DNA of 61,798 nucleotides, counting the filler. It is 4 parts of 4 records of this genome, joined end to end, with 100 filler letters (N's around TTAATTAATTAA, not from the genome) between each part and the next. Parts side by side here need not be neighbours in the genome. Positions count along the whole stretch, not along the records: positions 55,697 to 61,798 come from SRR20825006_2991; 3 more parts are not named here. One strand, given 5' to 3'. The translations under genes and the position numbers were made by a program. Numbering within the stretch: position 1 is the stretch's first letter; every line of letters starts with the position of its first letter. This document shows positions 58,407-61,798 of the stretch, in pieces. Under the pieces are notes generated by a model. That model was not told where the DNA came from and did not search any database. It was given only the letters and a program-made list of their open reading frames with translations.

Positions 58407-58422
58407 GTTGGCCACGGCCAAC
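58407..58422. promoter_or_regulatory. parS-like palindrome (copy 2)
   Basis: GTTGGCCACGGCCAAC; one mismatch to copy 1. Confidence 0.78.
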
Positions 58423-58466
58423 CGTAACGAAATCAATGGCTTATCGTTTGTGGATCTGCGCCAGCT

Positions 58467-59426
58467 TCATGGATTCTTTTTCCACTCGTCGTAGAGTCTC
58501 TCAAGGTTGGCTTCGACAAAACCGATGAAGCCTCGTTCTTTCTGTTCCGATACCTCGATCATAAGGCGCTTGCCCTTTGCCTTAAACGAGACCGGCCTGT
58601 CCTTTAATCTGGACAGTGGGTTAGGAGAGGCAGCATTTGCCGCCAAACCTACAGCCTTTTTGCTCTTGCCTTCAGCAGCCTGAAGCGCCTCAATGAGAGC
58701 GCTCAGCTTTTCAGTTGGCGTACCATTGTCAGGAACCAGCGAGAGCATTTCAGCGTCTGTCACAGCAGTTTCGATCTTGATGAGTCGCCTGAGTTCGAGC
58801 CACGGTCGCCGCCCTGCCTCATGAGCAGCGCCAATTGCATAGATCAGCACATCAGGAAGATCGCGCGCTACACTTATCAGCTTGCTGAGGGTTCCCTTGT
58901 CGACTGCGAGGACATCTCCGATTTCTGCCCTGGTGAAACCCTGTTCTTCGAGCTTGATTGCGAAGATAGCTTGTTCAATGAAACTTCGTTCGAGGCGAGC
59001 GGAGTTTTCTAAGGCTTGAGAGACAAGTGCCTCACGTTGGTCCATTTCCTTGATGTAGGCTTTGACCTTGATCCCAAGCGCCCGACAGGCTGCGATTCTT
59101 CTGCGACCATAGACAACTTCGTAGCGAGGGCCGACTCCACGCCGATACCGAAGCAGGGCAGGAAGCTGTTGACCAGAAGTCCGGATCGACTCAATGAGAT
59201 CGTCAAGCCCCTCGGCCACGTCAAACCTGTCTGCAATTTCGGAATCCGAGATTTCGCTGACATCCACTTCTTGGGAAGCTTGGGCCGAAACTTGAGAGAG
59301 CACGTCTGACATGCTTTTCAGCGAGCGAGGGGCTCCTTCGCCGGGCTTCTGGTCGTTCTCCTCGACAGCCGCAGAAGGTTTGGAACCCATTTGCGCTAGG
59401 CTTTTGGCAAGTAGATCACGCTTCAT
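58467..59426 (-). CDS. repB: Plasmid partitioning protein RepB (ParB family)
   Basis: L.ESI...GQQLPALLR, YGRRRIAA, ENSAR..RSFIE, HTH, GRRPW. Confidence 0.94.
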   Translation of the reverse strand: MKRDLLAKSLAQMGSKPSAAVEENDQKPGEGAPRSLKSMSDVLSQVSAQASQEVDVSEISDSEIADRFDVAEGLDDLIESIRTSGQQLPALLRYRRGVGPRYEVVYGRRRIAACRALGIKVKAYIKEMDQREALVSQALENSARLERSFIEQAIFAIKLEEQGFTRAEIGDVLAVDKGTLSKLISVARDLPDVLIYAIGAAHEAGRRPWLELRRLIKIETAVTDAEMLSLVPDNGTPTEKLSALIEALQAAEGKSKKAVGLAANAASPNPLSRLKDRPVSFKAKGKRLMIEVSEQKERGFIGFVEANLERLYDEWKKNP

Positions 59427-60618
59427 TGCTGCCTCCTCGACCCCATGCGGATTGGATCATCTTTTCGATATCGTTTGAGAAGCTGATCACGGATTCCAAG
59501 GCGCGATCATAAGTCTTCCGGTTCTTCGAGCCGGCAAGATCCACCTCGAAGATTGTCTTCTGGGACAAGCCAGCTTCGCTTACGGCAGACGACTTAACGA
59601 ATGGGGACTTGATCACACTGTCACCAAGCAACTGCCTGATCCATTCGGCCAAATCTTGCTGCGTACTTATGGCTGTGTCAAACCGGGTCAGCAGATACGC
59701 AAAATTGTCGTAGGCGCCGATCCCTCCGTTGGAATGAAGTACTTCCAAAACACCAGATGCCATGGTGAGAAACTGGCTGGCTGAAGCGAGGTCTACGCGC
59801 TCGGGGATAATGGTCATGAGCAGTGAAGTTGATGCGCATACTGCCGACATCGTGAGATATCCAAGCTGAGGGGGGCAGTCGATGAGGATAACATCGTACT
59901 CGTCCTCAACCTGGCGTATCGGATCTCGAATCCGATTGAAAAACACCGGCTGCTCACCACGGCTCAATGCCATAGGGGTCTCTGTTTCAAACTCCGAGAG
60001 CATGATCCCTCCAGGAACCAAGTCCAGATTGGGAAAGTAGGTCTTACGTAGAACGTCGGTGATCGGGACTCGGGATATTTCGCCGTCGTTGTAGCGGATT
60101 GCATCATAGAGCGTTCCGCCCTTACGGAAATCGATCTCGGGCTGATATCCGAAAAAGGTCGTGAGCGAGGCTTGCGGATCTGCGTCGATCAGACACACAC
60201 GATAGCCGCGTAACGCTAGCCTCATCCCAAGCGTTACGGTCGTTGTCGTTTTGCTCGAGCCGCCTTTGAAGTTAACAGTGGACCAGATTTGCAGTTTGTC
60301 GCCCTGACGTCGACCAGGAAGGAACTGGTAGGGGTCTTTAGCGTTCTGTGACAGAATATTGCGGATCTCGAGAATCTTCTCGGCGGTGTAGAGGCGTTTG
60401 TTGTTAGAGCCTTGCTCGACATCGGGGATGCGATCGTCGAAGTGAGCTTTTCGCAGATAGCCATCGCTTACACGCAACAACTCTGCCACTTCAGCGGTAG
60501 TGAAGCTCCGAAGCGTCTTTTCTTCTTTTGGCGCTAGGAAGAGCTTGGACATGTGTTCAAGGGCTTCGGAAAGCCGGTCTGCGTCTGCTCTTAGTTTATC
60601 ATGCAGCACTGGATGCAT
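59416..60618 (-). CDS. repA: Plasmid partitioning ATPase RepA (ParA family)
   Basis: N-terminal HTH, NFKGGSSKTT, IDADPQASLT, IDCPPQLGYLT. Confidence 0.95.
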   Translation of the reverse strand: MHPVLHDKLRADADRLSEALEHMSKLFLAPKEEKTLRSFTTAEVAELLRVSDGYLRKAHFDDRIPDVEQGSNNKRLYTAEKILEIRNILSQNAKDPYQFLPGRRQGDKLQIWSTVNFKGGSSKTTTTVTLGMRLALRGYRVCLIDADPQASLTTFFGYQPEIDFRKGGTLYDAIRYNDGEISRVPITDVLRKTYFPNLDLVPGGIMLSEFETETPMALSRGEQPVFFNRIRDPIRQVEDEYDVILIDCPPQLGYLTMSAVCASTSLLMTIIPERVDLASASQFLTMASGVLEVLHSNGGIGAYDNFAYLLTRFDTAISTQQDLAEWIRQLLGDSVIKSPFVKSSAVSEAGLSQKTIFEVDLAGSKNRKTYDRALESVISFSNDIEKMIQSAWGRGGSNEA

Positions 60619-61059
60619 TTTTGTTCGTCCGCCTCACATCGTCCCGTCTGCGTTACTCGATATAGGCTACCGTTCGGAGCATCGGGAAACGCGAAGGACG
60701 TATTTTTTCTTCTTTTCACGTTACAGCTATGACGCGAGAAATGGGGAAACTCAAGAAAAAATGTTTGCGGCCGTCTTGTGCTGACGGAGGAGGTAACCAC
60801 CATATGAAGCGCTGACGTTAAGACAGCGCATCATGACTTCATGCTAAGCAGTTGGTTTAACTAGATTATCTTATACAAGATTTATCCACAGGACAACATT
60901 TCACCCCGGCGAGGGTGAGCAGTTGAAACGTCACTACCAGCTTCAGTAACGCAATTCATGCCGCTCTGACCACTTATAGGTTCTTTAGCGCAGCTCTGGC
61001 GATTCCTTTGTACAGCCCAAAGTTTGAACGATCTAGTGACTGCTGTATGCCGTATCCCG

Positions 61060-61797
61060 TTACTTAGAGAGTAAGCCTAGGCGTTGAGCACGCTCCAGCA
61101 ACATCTTGACCGAAGACGGTTGCCAACTGGTTCGCCCGCGCGGTGTGCGTTCGCGCATCGCTTCTAAGCGGACGCAGATCGCCTGTAGCGTGATATCAGG
61201 GTCTGCACCCTTGATGGCGGCGACGATGGCCGGCAGGCGGTCGTCCGTCTCGCGTCGCCCGGCACGGCCAAGAACGGCTTCAGACAGGAAGCCGTCGCGC
61301 ACGTAGGCCTTCACGGCACGCCGCAGGCGGCTTTGCGTCCAGCGACGCGCTTCGGGCAGGGGGGCATTTACGATGCGCAGCACATCTTCCCAGGCCATGT
61401 CTGGGCGCAACCGGCGGACATGTGGCACCCAATCCTGCGCCGTCTCGTTCAGGCGCTCCATATATCCATCCTGGCGCGCCAGACGGACCTTGCGCAACGC
61501 TGCAGGATCCTTGGCGCGCAGACCAGGGTTCCCACCGACGCGTCCCTTGTTGCGTGCGCTGGCCAGCCCCGCTTTGGTACGCTCACGGATCAGCGCGCGT
61601 TCGAACTCGGCCGCCGCGCCCAGAACCTGCAGGGTAAATTTGCCCTGCGGGGACGCAGTGTCGATTGGGTCCAGCAGCGAGCGAAAGAAGGCCCCCTTGG
61701 CTTCCAGCCGTTCGATCACCTCGAGTAGATGGGAGAGTGATCGCGCCAGGCGGTCGATGCGGACTACGACCAGCGTGTCGCCCTTGCCGATCCGCTC
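61060..61797 (-). CDS. Serine recombinase/resolvase (5'-truncated by window)
   Basis: Frame open to window end: GDTLVVVRIDRLARS, AEFERALIRERT.AGL..AR..GRVGG, C-terminal HTH. Confidence 0.92.
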   Translation of the reverse strand, partial: ERIGKGDTLVVVRIDRLARSLSHLLEVIERLEAKGAFFRSLLDPIDTASPQGKFTLQVLGAAAEFERALIRERTKAGLASARNKGRVGGNPGLRAKDPAALRKVRLARQDGYMERLNETAQDWVPHVRRLRPDMAWEDVLRIVNAPLPEARRWTQSRLRRAVKAYVRDGFLSEAVLGRAGRRETDDRLPAIVAAIKGADPDITLQAICVRLEAMRERTPRGRTSWQPSSVKMLLERAQRLGLLSK

Positions 61798-61798
61798 C

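Noticed and set aside
1-61798. CRISPR array, cas genes, prophage, rRNA
   Set aside because: No regularly spaced direct repeats or diagnostic genes seen on reading

Overview
The window is not one locus. It joins four unrelated fragments with three artificial 100-nt linkers (N44-TTAATTAATTAA-N44). (1) 1-21820: high-GC alphaproteobacterial chromosome, Hyphomonadaceae/Caulobacterales-like (argJ-mutT-flp-MTase/comF-grxC, ABC exporter, rpsU/COQ9, YfbK-type VWA, DUF885, SapC, ScsB/DsbD, nitroreductase). (2) 21921-47694: Flavobacteriaceae chromosome (rbfA, dusB, lepA, peptidases, rnpA, orphan M.Sau3AI-like methylase, rpiB, a probable oriC, rnr, partial tRNA-Cys). (3) 47795-55596: high-GC deltaproteobacterial/Myxococcota-like chromosome (zapA, 5-FTHF cyclo-ligase, rny, two paralogous lipoproteins, tyrS). 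(4) 55697-61798: Rhodobacteraceae-type repABC plasmid module with an IS5 inserted in the 3' end of repC and a serine resolvase. Most genes are housekeeping, and I found no CRISPR array or clear multi-gene novel system. The best leads are an unknown small gene under two LexA boxes plus a CtrA box, a lower-GC VWA membrane protein with a LexA box, rpsU apparently starting at ATC, a promoter-backed structured sRNA candidate, a palindromic repeat translated inside RnpA, a dnaA-unlinked oriC candidate, and a long structured rny leader with no 6S RNA at its usual site. Taxonomy, GC and family calls come from reading the sequence by eye; no searches were run.
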